Assembly (NCBI RefSeq): GCF_036365525.1 | Contig: NW_027142279.1 | Span: 1-64,000, forward strand | Length of the DNA: 64,000 nt | From: Heterodontus francisci | Lineage: Eukaryota | Direction of reading: 5' to 3' | Shown: positions 1 through 11,888 of the stretch, piece by piece | Layout of the letters: every line of letters begins with the position of its first letter | How positions within the stretch are numbered: position 1 is the stretch's first letter | The notes under the pieces: generated by a model | Seen by the model: the letters and a program-made list of their open reading frames with translations, nothing else | What the model was told of the DNA's origin: nothing | The model's database searches: none | Made by a program: the position numbers and the translations under genes

Positions 1-1647
1 TAACTCTACCAGCCCCAACAACCCTCCCTAACTCTATAGCCTCCTCCAGCCTCTACAACCCACCCTATCTCTGAAACCTCTTCCAACCCTGATAACCCTC
101 CCTATCTCTGTAACCTCTTCCAACCTCGACTCCCCTTCCTATCTCTGTAACATCTTCCAGCCGCTACAACCCTCCCTATCTCTGTTACCACCTCCAGCCC
201 CTACAGCCCTCCCTATCACTGTAACCTCCAGCCTCCACACTCCTCCCTATCCCTGTAACCTCTTCCTAGTCCCTAAAACCCGTCCTATCTCAGTAACATC
301 CTCCAGCCTCTACACCCACCCCTATCTCTGTAATCTCTTCCAGCCCCTACAACCCTCCCTATCTCTGTAACCTCCTCCATCCCCTAAAGCCCCCTATCTC
401 TGTAACCTCTTCCAGCCCCGACACCACTCCCTATCTCTGTTATCTCCTCCAGCCCCTGCACCCTCCCTATCTCTGTAACGTCTTCCAGCCCCTACAAACC
501 TCCCTATCTCTGTTCCCTCCTCCAGTCCCTAAAGCACTCCCTATCTCTATTACCTCCTCCAGCCACTACACCCCACCCCATCTCTGGAACTTCCTCCAGC
601 CCCTAATCCCCTCCCTATATCTGTAAACCCTACCAGCCCCTACAACACTCCCTATCTCTGTTACCTCCTCCAGCCCCATCAGCACTCCCTATCTCTATTA
701 CTTCCTCCAGTCACTACAACCCTCCCTATCTCTGTAACCTCCTCCAGCCACCACAACCCTCCCAAACTCTGTAACCTCCTCCAGCACCTACAATCCTCCC
801 TATCCCTGTTACCTCCTCCAGCCCCTAATACCCTCCCTACATCTGTAAACTCTACCAGCCCCTACAACACTCCCTATCTCTGTTACCTCCTCCAGCCCCA
901 TCAGCACTCCCTATCTCTATTACTTCCTCCAGTCACTACAACCCTCCCTATCTCTGTAACCTCCTCCAGCCACCACAACCCTCCCAAACTCTGTAACCTC
1001 CTCCAGCCCCTTCAATCCTCCCTATCTCTGTTACCTCCTCCAGCCCCTAATACCCTCCCTATATCTGTAAACTCCACCAGCCCCTACAACACTCCCTATC
1101 TCTGTTACCTCCTCCAGCCCCATCAGCACTCCCTATCTCTATTACTTCCTCCAGTCACTACAACCCTCCCTATCTCTGTAACCTCCTCCAGCCACCACAA
1201 CCCTCCCTATCTCTGTAACCTCCTCCAGCCACCACAACCCTCCCAAACTCTGTAACCTCCTCCAGCCCCTTCAATCCTCCCTATCTCTGTTACCTCCTCC
1301 AGCCCCTAATCCCCTCCCTATATCTGTAAACTCCACCAGCCCCTACAACACTCCCTATCTCTGTTACCTCCTCCAGCCCCATCAGCACTCCCTATCTCTA
1401 TTACTTCCTCCAGTCACTACAACCCTCCCTATCTCTGTAACCTCCTCCAGCCACCACAAACCTCCCTATCTCTGTAACCTCCTCCAGCCCCTACAACCCT
1501 CCCTATCTCTGGAACCTCCTCCAACCCCTAAGCCCCTCCCTATATCTGTAAACTCTACCAGCCCCTGCAACTCTCCCAATCTCTGTTACCTCCCCCAGTC
1601 CCTACAGCTCTCCCTAGCTCTGTAACTCAACCAGCCCCTGCAACCCT
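1..1647 (+). repeat. Minisatellite, ~37-38 bp unit (ctctgtaacctcctccagcccctacaaccctccctat); resumes at ~1970-2095
   Basis: Dozens of degenerate tandem copies are directly visible. The same unit occurs in reverse at ~38995-39170 and ~28810-28920. Confidence 0.95.
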
Positions 1648-1965
1648 CAGTGGCTCAGTGGCGAGCACCGCAGCCTCACAGCTCCAGCGACCCGGGTTCA
1701 ATGCTGGGTACTGCCTGTGTGGAGTTTGCAATTTCTCTCTGTGTCCATTTGGGTTTCCTCCGGGTGCTCTGGTTTCCTGCCACGTGCCAAAGACTTGCAG
1801 GTTGATAAGTAAATTGGCCATTATGTATTGCCCCTAGTATAGGTAGGTGCAGGTGGGGATGTGGTAGGAATATGGAATTAGTGTAGGGTTGGTATAAATG
1901 GGTGGTTGATGGTCGGCACAGATTCGGTGGGCCGAAGGGCCTGTTTCAGTGCTGTATAACTAAAT
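1648..1965 (+). mobile_element. tRNA-derived V-SINE (HE1-like elasmobranch SINE) inserted in the minisatellite
   Basis: tRNA-like head (cagtggcgagcaccgcagcctcacagctccagcgacccgggttcaa), V-domain-like gtgtggagtttgca...gggtttcctccgggtgctctggtttcct, and LINE-type tail gggccgaagggcctgtttcagtgctgta. Confidence 0.75.
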
Positions 1966-2095
1966 TGAATCCTCCCTATTTCTGTTACATCCTCCAGCCT
2001 CGACAACCCTCCCTATCTCTGTAACCCCCTCCAGCCCCTGCAACACTCCTTATCTCTGTAACCTCTTCCAGCCCCTATAACCCTCCCGATCTCTG

Positions 2096-2204
2096 TTCTG
2101 TTATCACATCCTTTATAATAGTCTCCAGCATTTTCCCCACTACTGATGTAAGGCTAACTGGTCTGTAATTCCCTGTTTTTTCCCCTCCCTCCTTTCTTTT
2201 ACAG
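2096..2204 (-). mobile_element. CR1-clade LINE reverse transcriptase fragment
   Basis: Minus-strand translation GNYRPVSLTSVVGKMLETIIKD is the typical CR1 RT N-terminal motif. Confidence 0.85.
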
Positions 2205-2355
2205 AGTCTACAACAAACTGTCGAAGTTGTGGTGAAGGAGAATGAACGCTGGGGTAAACACACGCCCCACCCCTCGCCACAACACCCCCCCCCCACCCAC
2301 CCCACCCCGCTTCCATCCCCACCGTTCCTAACACTCATGTTTTGCTCTCCCACAG

Positions 2356-2693
2356 AGGCAGACCAAGAGGTTAACCATCCCACTGTGACCGTTTTTGAGC
2401 TGTCGGATGAAGAAATCAGGGCCCCTATGAAAGCCACTATTGTCTGCCTGGCCAGTGGCTTCTTCTCGGACTACGTTAAGTTCTCCTGGGCGGGGGGCAA
2501 CGAGGAGATCGAGACGAAGGATGTGCTGACTGACAGGCAGGTAAAGGATGATGCAGGCCGCGACAGCGTGGACCAGTAGGGTGAGGGTTCCCATGGCCGA
2601 ATGGGACCCGCAATCAGTATTCCTGCAAAGTGACCCATTACAGTAAAGCCGGCGCAGAGATTTCTCAAGATGCCAAGATCAGCAGTAAGGCAG
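2356..2693 (+). pseudogene. Divergent TCR-beta-like constant-domain exon 1 (inverted pseudo-TRBC), two frameshifts
   Basis: Acceptor ctcccacag, donor GCAG|gtgagt. Reads EADQEVNHPTVTVFELSDEEIRAPMKATIVCLASGFFSDYVKFSW...DSV / TSRVRVPMAEWDP / NQYSCKVTHYSKAGAEISQDAKISSKA. It has the C1-set Cys, Trp and Cys and the VTVFE.S.EEIR...KAT.VCL motif shared with the functional C-beta. Length 338 nt is not a multiple of 3. Confidence 0.9.
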
Positions 2694-3036
2694 GTGAGTG
2701 TCTGCAATGCCTGGAATCACCTCCGCTCCACCCGAGCCCAAAGCAAGGAAGCTATACTGAACCTTTATCAATGCAGCCTTGAGGGAGTATGTGAAGGCGT
2801 TAGAGAGGGTGCACAAAATATTCACGGCAATGGTTCCAGGGATGAGGGAATTCATAGCTTGGGGAAGTCTACATAATAGGTGAGACTGAAGAACACAGGA
2901 AGAGGCCGAGGCCATTCAGCCGTTCAAGCTTGTTCCACCATTCTGTTATATAAATCTAAATCTCTACCATTACTCTATTTTACGCCTCGGTTCAGTAACT
3001 GTCAATAACCTTATGTTCACCCAAATGGTTAGCACT

Positions 3037-6000
3037 CAGAGACAGACAGAGAGGGAGAAAGAGAGAGAGACAGAGAGAGAGACCGAGAACCAGATAGATT
3101 GAGAGAGAGAGAAATAGAGAAAGAGACAGACAGAAAGAGAAAGAGACAGACAGACAGACAGAGAGATAGAGACAGAGAGAGATACANNNNNNNNNNNNNN
3201 NNNNNNNNNNNNNNNNNNNNNNNNNNNNNNNNNNNNNNNNNNNNNNNNNNNNNNNNNNNNNNNNNNNNNNNNNNNNNNNNNNNNNNNNNNNNNNNNNNNN
3301 NNNNNNNNNNNNNNNNNAGAGAGGGAGAGAAAGAAATAGAGAAAGAGGCAGACAGANNNNNNNNNNNNNNNNNNNNNNNNNNNNNNNNNNNNNNNNNNNN
3401 NNNNNNNNNNNNNNNNNNNNNNNNNNNNNNNNNNNNNNNNNNNNNNNNNNNNNNNNNNNNNNNNNNNNNNNNNNNNNNNNNNNNNNNNNNNNNNNNNNNN
3501 NNNNNNNNNNNNNNGAGACAGAGACAGGAAGAGAGGCAGAGACAGATGAGTGACAGATCGAGAGAAGCAGAGACAACGGGAAAGGCAGAAACAGGGAATG
3601 AGAGAGAGAGAGGCAGAGAGAGACAGAAGCACAGAGACAGAAACAGAGACAGAGAGAAAAGGAGAGAAAGAGAGAGACAGAGAGAGTGAGAGAGAGACAT
3701 GCAGAGAGAAACACATGGTCAAAGAGAGAGAGACTGAGAGAGAGACAGAGAGAGAGAGACAGGAAATGAAAGAGAGGGACAGAGAGAGAGAGGCAGAGAG
3801 ACAGTGGGAAAGACAGAGACAGTGAGAGGGAGAAGCAGAGACAGAGACCGAGAGACACACAGAGAGACAGGGAAACAGAGACAGAGAGAAAATGAGAGAA
3901 ATAGAGAGAGAGAAAGAGACAGAGAGAGACACACAGAGAAACAGAAAGACAGAGACAGAGAGAAAAGGAGAGAAATATAGAGAGATAGAGAGAGACAGAG
4001 ACAGAGAGAGAGACTGAGAGAGAGACAGGAAGAGAAACAGAGACAGAGAGAGTGGTGACAGAGACAAAGAGAGACACACAGATAGACATGGAAACAGAGA
4101 CAGAGAGAAAAGGAGAAAGAGAGAGAGACAGACAGACAGAGAGCGTAAGACAGACAGCGAAAGACAGGCAGAGACAGTGAGAGAGACACAGACCGAGAGA
4201 AAGAGAGACAGAGAGAGGCAGAGAGACAGCGCGAAAGACAGAGAGAGAGAGAAAGAGATTGAGAGAGACAGAGAGAGAGACGTGATAGAGAGACAGAGAG
4301 AGACAGTGACAGAGAGACAGAAACAGAGAGAAAGAGAGGCAGAGACAGGGAAAGCCAGAGACAGAAAGACAGAGAGACAGAGAGAAAGAGAGAAAGATAG
4401 ATAGATAGAGAGAGAAACAGACAGACAGAGAAAGAGATACAGAGAGAGAGAGACCGAGACAGAGAGAGAGAAACAAAGAGAGAGACAGAGAGACAAGGAG
4501 AGAGAGAGAGACAGGAAGAGAGATAGAGACAAATGTGTAACAGATCGAGAGAGGCAGAGACAACAGGAAAGACAGAGACAGTTAATGAGAGAGAGAGAGA
4601 GGCAGACAGAGACAGAAACAGAGAGACAGAAACAGAGAGAAAAGGAGAGAAAAGGAGAGAAAGAGAGAGACAGAAACAGAGAGAGACACATGGTCAAAGA
4701 GAGACAGACTGAGAGAGAGACAGAGAGAGAGAGAGACAGGAAAGGAAAGAGAGAGGCAGAGAGACAGTGGGAAAGACAGAGACAGGNNNNNNNNNNNNNN
4801 NNNNNNNNNNNNNNNNNNNNNNNNNNNNNNNNNNNNNNNNNNNNNNNNNNNNNNNNNNNNNNNNNNNNNNNNNNNNNNNNNNNNNNNNNNNNNNNNNNNN
4901 NNNNNNNNNNNNNNNNNNNNNNGACAGAGAGATAGAGAGAAAGACAGAGACAGAGGGAGAGACACATACACAGAGAAATAGAGATAGAGAGAGAGAGAAA
5001 GAGAGACAGGAAGAGAAATAGAGACAGAGAGATTGACAGAGGCAGAGAGAGACACACAGATAGACATGGAAACAGAGACAGAGAGAAAAGGAGAAAGAGA
5101 GACAGACAGACAGACAGAGTAAGACAGACAGAGAAAAACAGGAAGAGACAGTGAGAGAGACACAGAACGAGAGAAAGAGAGAAAGACAGAGACAGAGAGA
5201 GGCAGAGAGACAGCGGGAAAGACAGAGAGAAAGAGAGAAAGCGATTGAGAGATACAGAGAGAGACGAGATAGAGAGACAGAGATAGACAGTGACAGAGAG
5301 ACAGAAACAGAGAGAAAGAGAGGCAGNNNNNNNNNNNNNNNNNNNNNNNNNNNNNNNNNNNNNNNNNNNNNNNNNNNNNNNNNNNNNNNNNNNNNNNNNN
5401 NNNNNNNNNNNNNNNNNNNNNNNNNNNNNNNNNNNNNNNNNNNNNNNNNNNNNNNNNNNNNNNNNNNNNNNNNNNNNNNNNNNNNNNNNNNNNNNNNNNN
5501 NNNNNNNNNNNNNNNNNNNGACAAATGTGTGACAGATCGAGAGAGGCAGAGACAACGGGAAAGACAGAGACAGTGAATGAGAGAGAGTGAGGCAGAGAGA
5601 GACAGAAACAGAGTGACAGAAACAGAGACAAAGAGAAAAGGAGAGAAAGAGAGAGACACATGCAGAGAGNNNNNNNNNNNNNNNNNNNNNNNNNNNNNNN
5701 NNNNNNNNNNNNNNNNNNNNNNNNNNNNNNNNNNNNNNNNNNNNNNNNNNNNNNNNNNNNNNNNNNNNNNNNNNNNNNNNNNNNNNNNNNNNNNNNNNNN
5801 NNNNNNNNNNNNNNNNNNNNNNNNNNNNNNNNNNNNNNNNNNNNNNNNNNNNNNNNNNNNGAGAGAGACACATAAAGAGAGAGACTCATGGTCAAAGAGA
5901 GAGAGACTGAGAGAGAGACACTGAGTGAGAGATAGACAGGATAGGCAGGAGAGAGAAAGAGAGAGAGGCAGAAAGACAGTGCGAAAGACAGAGACAGTGA

Positions 6001-6340
6001 GAGAGAGAAGCAGAGACAGAGACAGAGAGACACACATAGAGACAGGGAAACAGAGACAGAGNNNNNNNNNNNNNNNNNNNNNNNNNNNNNNNNNNNNNNN
6101 NNNNNNNNNNNNNNNNNNNNNNNNNNNNNNNNNNNNNNNNNNNNNNNNNNNNNNNNNNNNNNNNNNNNNNNNNNNNNNNNNNNNNNNNNNNNNNNNNNNN
6201 NNNNNNNNNNNNNNNNNNNNNNNNNNNNNNNNNNNNNNNNNNNNNNNNNNNNNNNNNNNNNNNNNNNNNNNNNNNNNNNNNNNNNNNNNNNNNNNNNNNN
6301 NNNNNNNNNATGCAAACTGAGACAGAGAGAAAAGGAGAAG

Positions 6341-6374
<34 letters not shown>

Positions 6375-7700
6375 GAAAGACAGACAGAGAAAGACATGCA
6401 GAGACTGTGAGAGAGCCACAGACCGAGAGACAGAGAGAGGCAGAGAGACAGTGGGAAAGACAGAGAGAAAGAAAGAGATTGAGAGATTCAGAGAGAAACG
6501 AGATAGAGAGACAGAGAGAGACAGTGACAGAGAGACGGAAACANNNNNNNNNNNNNNNNNNNNNNNNNNNNNNNNNNNNNNNNNNNNNNNNNNNNNNNNN
6601 NNNNNNNNNNNNNNNNNNNNNNNNNNNNNNNNNNNNNNNNNNNNNNNNNNNNNNNNNNNNNNNNNNNNNNNNNNNNNNNGACGGAGAGAGAGACACACAC
6701 ACACATACACACAGAGACAGAACGAGAGAGAGGCAGAAAGACAGCGGGAAAGTGAATGAGTGAGAGAGACAGAGACAGTGAGTCAGAGACAGAGAGACAC
6801 ACTGAGAGGCAGAGAAACGGAGACAGTGAGAAAAGGAGAGAAAGGAAGAGAGAGAGATATAGAACGAGAGACAGAGACACAGAGAGAGTTAGACACAAAC
6901 AGAGAGAAAGACAGAGACACAGAGTGGCAGAGAGACAGAGGGAAAGACAGCGACAGAGAGAGAGAGACAGAGATTGAGAGAGACAGACAGAAAGAGAGAC
7001 AGNNNNNNNNNNNNNNNNNNNNNNNNNNNNNNNNNNNNNNNNNNNNNNNNNNNNNNNNNNNNNNNNNNNNNNNNNNNNNNNNNNNNNNNNNNNNNNNNNN
7101 NNNNNNNNNNNNNNNNNNNNNNNNNNNNNNNNNNNNNNNNNNNNNNNNNNNNNNNNNNNNNNNNNNNNNNNNNNNNNNNNNNNNNNNNNNNNNNNNNNNN
7201 NNNNNNNNNNNNNNAGAGATAGAGACAGGCAGAGAAAGAGGGACAGAGACAGAGAGACAGAGATAAAAGGGGTAAGACAGAGATGGAGATAAGAAGAGAA
7301 TGAGAGACAGAGAGAGACACACAGAGACTGAGAGAGAGAGGTAGAAAGAAAGAAATCGAGAAAGGGACAGCCAGAAATAGAGACAGACAGAGACAGAGAC
7401 AAGGCGAGAAAGAGAGACAGAGCTAGAGTGTGCCATAGTGAGAGAGGCAGAGAGAGAGAAGAGAGAGAGACAGAGAGAAAGAGAAAAACAGAGACACAGC
7501 GAGAGACAGGAAGAGAAAGAGAGACCGAAAGAGAGAGAGAGACAGTCAGAGAGAAAGACTCAGATAGATAGAGATAGAGAGAGACTAGGAGAGAGAGAGA
7601 GAAAGAGAGACAGAGACAGACAGATAGAAACACAGGGACAGAGAGAGACGGGGGTGGGGGTGAGAGAGGAGAGAGAGACAGGGAGAGAAAGAGAGACAGA
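3037..7700. repeat. (GA/GACA)-rich low-complexity tract with many N runs
   Basis: Direct inspection; this is the source of the spurious long Ser/Leu/Cys and Arg/Glu ORFs. Confidence 0.95.
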
Positions 7701-7828
7701 AGCCTGGATGCAATGCACAAATCTCAGAGTGAAGAAGTTTCTCCCACTTTATGTCCTTGGTGTGATATGAAAACTGTGTTTCATGCACAAATAATTGAAG
7801 TTATTTTTCTCTTTTAAATTTCTTGCCG

Positions 7829-7846
7829 GCGTATGTGAAGGGAAAG
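7829..7846 (+). pseudogene. Pseudo-TRBC exon 2 (hinge mini-exon, GVCEGK) with mutated acceptor
   Basis: Polypyrimidine tract, then ccg instead of cag, then GC GTA TGT GAA GGG AAA G and donor gtgag. Phase 1/1, 18 nt, with the interchain Cys (cf. EMCGISK in the functional gene). Confidence 0.55.
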
Positions 7847-8103
7847 GTGAGGACTTCCAATNNNNNNNNNNNNNNNNNNNNNNNNNNNNNNNNNNNNNNN
7901 NNNNNNNNNNNNNNNNNNNNNNNNNNNNNNNNNNNNNNNNNNNNNNNNNNNNNNNNNNNNNNNNNNNNNNNNNNNNNNNNNNNNNNNNNNNNNNNNNNNN
8001 NNNNNNNNNNNNNNNNNNNNNNNNNNNNNNNNNNNNNNNNNNNNNCATAATGATTAAGTTGGATTTTAGGGCGTGACTATGGTCTTTCTTGTCTGTCTTT
8101 CAG

Positions 8104-8211
8104 TGGAGCGGATACAGAGGCAACAGATTGTGGTATGAGAATTACCAGGACACTTTGATGAAGTGTAAAACGGACCCACTTCTCTATTCTGTAAACTTCA
8201 ATCCTCTCCAG
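8104..8211 (+). pseudogene. Pseudo-TRBC exon 3 (decayed connecting peptide/TM exon)
   Basis: Strong acceptor ctttcag; starts ERIQ (cf. AKIQ). After a stop/frameshift it reads Y..TLMKCKT..LLYSV.F (cf. YLILICKSIFYTIF). It is 108 nt to CAG|gt versus 107 nt for the functional exon. Confidence 0.45.
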
Positions 8212-8379
8212 GTTTTAGGCCTCAGTGAGGCACATTCCCCAGACATAGTGTGAATCACTGAACCCAGTCCATGTCACTGTGCATGTGAATCGACAGTGAA
8301 ACCACACTATTAGCACCACTGTCTCGACTGCAATCCATCTAGATCCTGCACCAAGGAGTCCTGAATCGCCCCTACCCTC

Positions 8380-9172
8380 TCACATGAGGACAGAATGAGC
8401 GATAGAGAAGGAGAATGAGAGAGATGTACCTATAGAGTAATAGAGAGAGTGTGAGGGATGGAGGGACAGAGAGCGAGAAAGAAAAAGACAGAGAGAGATA
8501 TACAGAAAGTAAGACAAAGAGCTAGAGTGACAAAACCAGTGAGGGAAATGCTGAGACAGTTGGAGACAGTGAGAGAAAGGGATAGCTAAGGATAAGTTGT
8601 GTGTGTGAGAGAGAGTGAGAGATAAAAAGAGAGAGAGATGGATAAACATAGAGTGACAGATACAGAGAGAGAGAGAGAGAGAGAGTCTGGGGAGATAAAA
8701 TGAGAGAGAAAGGCAATTCGACAGAAATAAAGTGAAATTGAGATACGAGGGATGAACAGAGAGAGAGTGTGTCTGTATTACATACATTAAGAAGAAACAG
8801 TTTTGCGCAATGAAAGAGAGACAGGGTGAGAAAGGAAGATTGAGGCAGACAGAGAGAGGAAGAGAAAGAGAGAGAGAGAGAAGCATTTAAGGGAAAGACA
8901 GACAGACACAGAGACACAGAGAGAGGGAGACAGGAACAGACAGAGAGAGAACCTAAGAGAGAGAAATAGACAGAGAGAACATGCGGGAGAGACGGTGATA
9001 GTGGGAGAGACAGGAAGAGAGAGGGAGAGAGAGGAGAGTACAACGGAGAGGCAGAGTGACACAGAGACACAGACAGAGAAAGGAACACATAGACAAAAAG
9101 AAAGAAAGCGAGAGACAGAGAGAGAAAGAGAGAGAGAGAGAGGGGAGCGTTTAAGGGAGACAGAGAGAGAGC
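8380..9172. repeat. GA-rich low-complexity tract
   Basis: Direct inspection. Confidence 0.85.
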
Positions 9173-9427
9173 CCTACTCCCCCACCCTTTCCTCATCACC
9201 TTGCAAAATTTACTCTTTCAAGTCTTAATCCAATTGTCCACTTTTTCAGGCATTGCTTTCCAGATGACAGCAACGCTCTGAGTTTAAGAAAAACTCACCC
9301 TTTCCTCTGGATCTTTTTAAATGCCATGAAATGTGTTTCCACTGACTCGAAATCCTTCCCAGGGCATTGTGTAAGAAATATTCCATGACTGACTCAATCT
9401 TTTTCCTTCCTTTTTTTCCCCTTCCAG

Positions 9428-9460
9428 ATTTCGGGAAAGTTGACGAAAAGTTTCGATTAA
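9428..9460 (+). pseudogene. Pseudo-TRBC exon 4 (cytoplasmic tail ISGKLTKSFD*)
   Basis: Very strong acceptor (tttttttccccttccag), phase 0. Ends K-S-F-D-stop like the functional K-R-F-D-stop. AATAAA downstream at 9844-9849. Confidence 0.7.
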
Positions 9461-10314
9461 CTAAGCCGGGGCCAAAAACTCTGCAACAGGGCACGCGTCA
9501 CAACATATCCTGAAAAAATATAGGAAAGGAGGAGGAGGCTATTGGGTCATATCCCTGTCATTGATATGTTGTCATTTTCTATTGGTTAGTAACAGTTTGG
9601 CAACTGGCAAAACCCATTAGGTCTTTTAGAGGATTTGGATTATAACATAATTAAAATTTATGTCTCAATTTCTATTCAATTCATTTAACCACTTGTCAGC
9701 TGGTTAGCTGAGCTGGTTAAGCTACTTTAACTAGTTGAGATGTCTCCTGTCCATCTTTGACCCGTTTGCACACTGAGCATTATTTCTTTAAGTTGAGCTT
9801 CTTCATGATGCACCCTTCTCTCTCTTGTGACATCAAGCAGGCTAATAAAAAGATCTGTGGAAATGATACGCTGTGGTTTTAACTCTGCTTTTCGCACCTT
9901 TACACAACATTTCACCAGGCATTGCAGTTCGCCAGCTCGCAGGAGAAAATACAAAACAGATACTGAGCAGAAAACAACATGAGAAACACACAGCAGGAAC
10001 AGAGTCGAAAGGGGCTCCTGAGGATGGGAGGAAATAACACGGCGGGCACATCAGCATTTTGGAGGAGTTTTGGATGGAGGGTCAATCGGGAATGTTAACA
10101 AGGGATGCTGGGTGGGTGCCCAGCACAGCTTTTTGTTTGACCGACTGGCTTGCCCAGTCATTTCAGAGTCAGCCACATTGTTGCAGGAATGGAGTCACCT
10201 TTTAGGCCAGGCCGGTTAAAGATGACAGATTTCCTACTCTCAGTGAGAGATGGGTTTTTCAGGCAATCCAGTAGTTTCATGCTCACCATGACTGAGACCA
10301 GCTTTTTATCATTT

Positions 10315-10715
10315 TTTAAATTCGTTCATAGGATGTGGGCGTCGCTGGCCAGGCCAGCATTTATTGCCCATCTCTAATTGCCCTTGAGAAGGTGGTGGTG
10401 AGCTGCCTTCTTGAACCACTGCAGTCCATGTGTGGTAGTTACATCCACAGTGCTGTTCGGAAGGGAGTTCCAGGATTTTGACCCAGCGACAGTGAAGGAA
10501 CGGCGATATAGTTCCAAGTCAGGATGGTGTGTGACTTGGAGGGGAGCTTGCAGGTGGTGGTGTCCCGATGCATCTGCTGCCCTTGTCATTCTAGTTGGTA
10601 GAGGTCGCGAGTTTGGAAGGTGCTGTCTAAGGAGACTTTGTGCATTGCTACAGTGCATCTTGTAGATGGTACACACTGCTGCCACTGTGTGTCGGTGGTG
10701 GAGGGAGTGAATGTT
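10315..10715 (-). mobile_element. Non-LTR retrotransposon 3' fragment (CR1/L2-like)
   Basis: Minus-strand SFTVAGSKSWNSLPNSTV...FKKAAHHHLLKGN plus the gcaattagagatgggcaataaatgctggcc tail. Largely absent from the paralogous block at ~62 kb. Confidence 0.7.
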
Positions 10716-10959
10716 TATCTAACTAAGTGAACTTACATTATCCACCTTGCTGGGATTCGAATTCACGTCACCAAGTTATTAGCCCAGGCCTTTAGATTAC
10801 TAGCCCAGTAGCGTAACACTTTGCGACCTTACACTTCAACCTTCTTTTGAGCCTCAGCCCTAGGAGTGGAAAATACAAATGTGGGCGGGTTTCTACGTGT
10901 GATTCACGCACTGTTAAACCCACTCACCAGCCTGTTTTTCTTTCTTAAGCTGTTTAAAC

Positions 10960-11010
10960 GTTTGCAGCTGCACTCTGATAACCGCACATCCTGACTGCGT
11001 GTTTCCTGTC
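10960..11010. promoter_or_regulatory. Candidate TCR-beta enhancer module: E-box, GATA, Runx, Ets, Ets
   Basis: CAGCTG 10965-70, TGATAA 10976-81, AACCGCA 10980-86, CATCCTG 10987-93, TTTCCTG 11002-08. Lies ~6.2 kb 3' of the C-beta stop and is conserved in a second copy at 62566-62609. Confidence 0.5.
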
Positions 11011-11888
11011 TCTGTGTCTCTCTGTATAATTCGATTCTGCTGCTGTGTTGTTCTGAAAAAGTCTTTCCACAAAAAAACATGGAAAGAAAGCAGTACAGAG
11101 GAATTTGCAGGTAGTTAGGGCGACGAATTGAATTAACAGGGGAGATAGGAGGAGTTGCACTAGCTGGGTTGATCTTGCAGAGAGCTGGAATTGACTCGAT
11201 GGGCCAAATGGCCTTCTTCTGTACTGTAACCAGTCTCTGATTCTATGATAGATTCCCTGTGGTTGGAGAATCTGAAAATATATTTGATCAGTCAATCAAG
11301 TGTGAAGGAAATGCAACACCCAACATGTTTACATTGCTGACTCTTTATTCCCTCAGGTATAGAAGATTAAACGGTGATCTGACTGAGGTGTTTAAAATGA
11401 CTGAATGTGTTGATAGAATAGATAGAGATAAACTATATCCTGTTGTTGGGGGCGGGGCACGGGGGCAGAACAAGTTGGTTTAAACCCAAACATCGAGCCA
11501 GGCTATTCAGGAGTGATGTCAGGAAGCATTTCTTCACACAAAGGGGCGTGGAAATCTGTTTCCTGTGTGTAGATTAGTGTTTGTAAGGTCAATAAAATTT
11601 TGCACGAATGGTGTGGTAGTGATTCCTTTAGAAGAACAACACTTCATCTTTAAGACAGGCAGTTAAACAATAAATGCATGTGCCAGAGTAGCATTTACCC
11701 CCACATCACGGTATTGTTTTTCATCACACCTCTGTTCATTATCAGAANNNNNNNNNNNNNNNNNNNNNNNNNNNNNNNNNNNNNNNNNNNNNNNNNNNNN
11801 NNNNNNNNNNNNNNNNNNNNNNNNNNNNNNNNNNNNNNNNNNNNNNNNNNNNNNNNNNNNNNNNNNNNNNNNNNNNNNNNNNNNNNNN

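Noticed and set aside
2992-9228. Long ORFs (up to 945 aa) on both strands
   Set aside because: Translations of GA/CT low-complexity DNA and N runs; no protein features.
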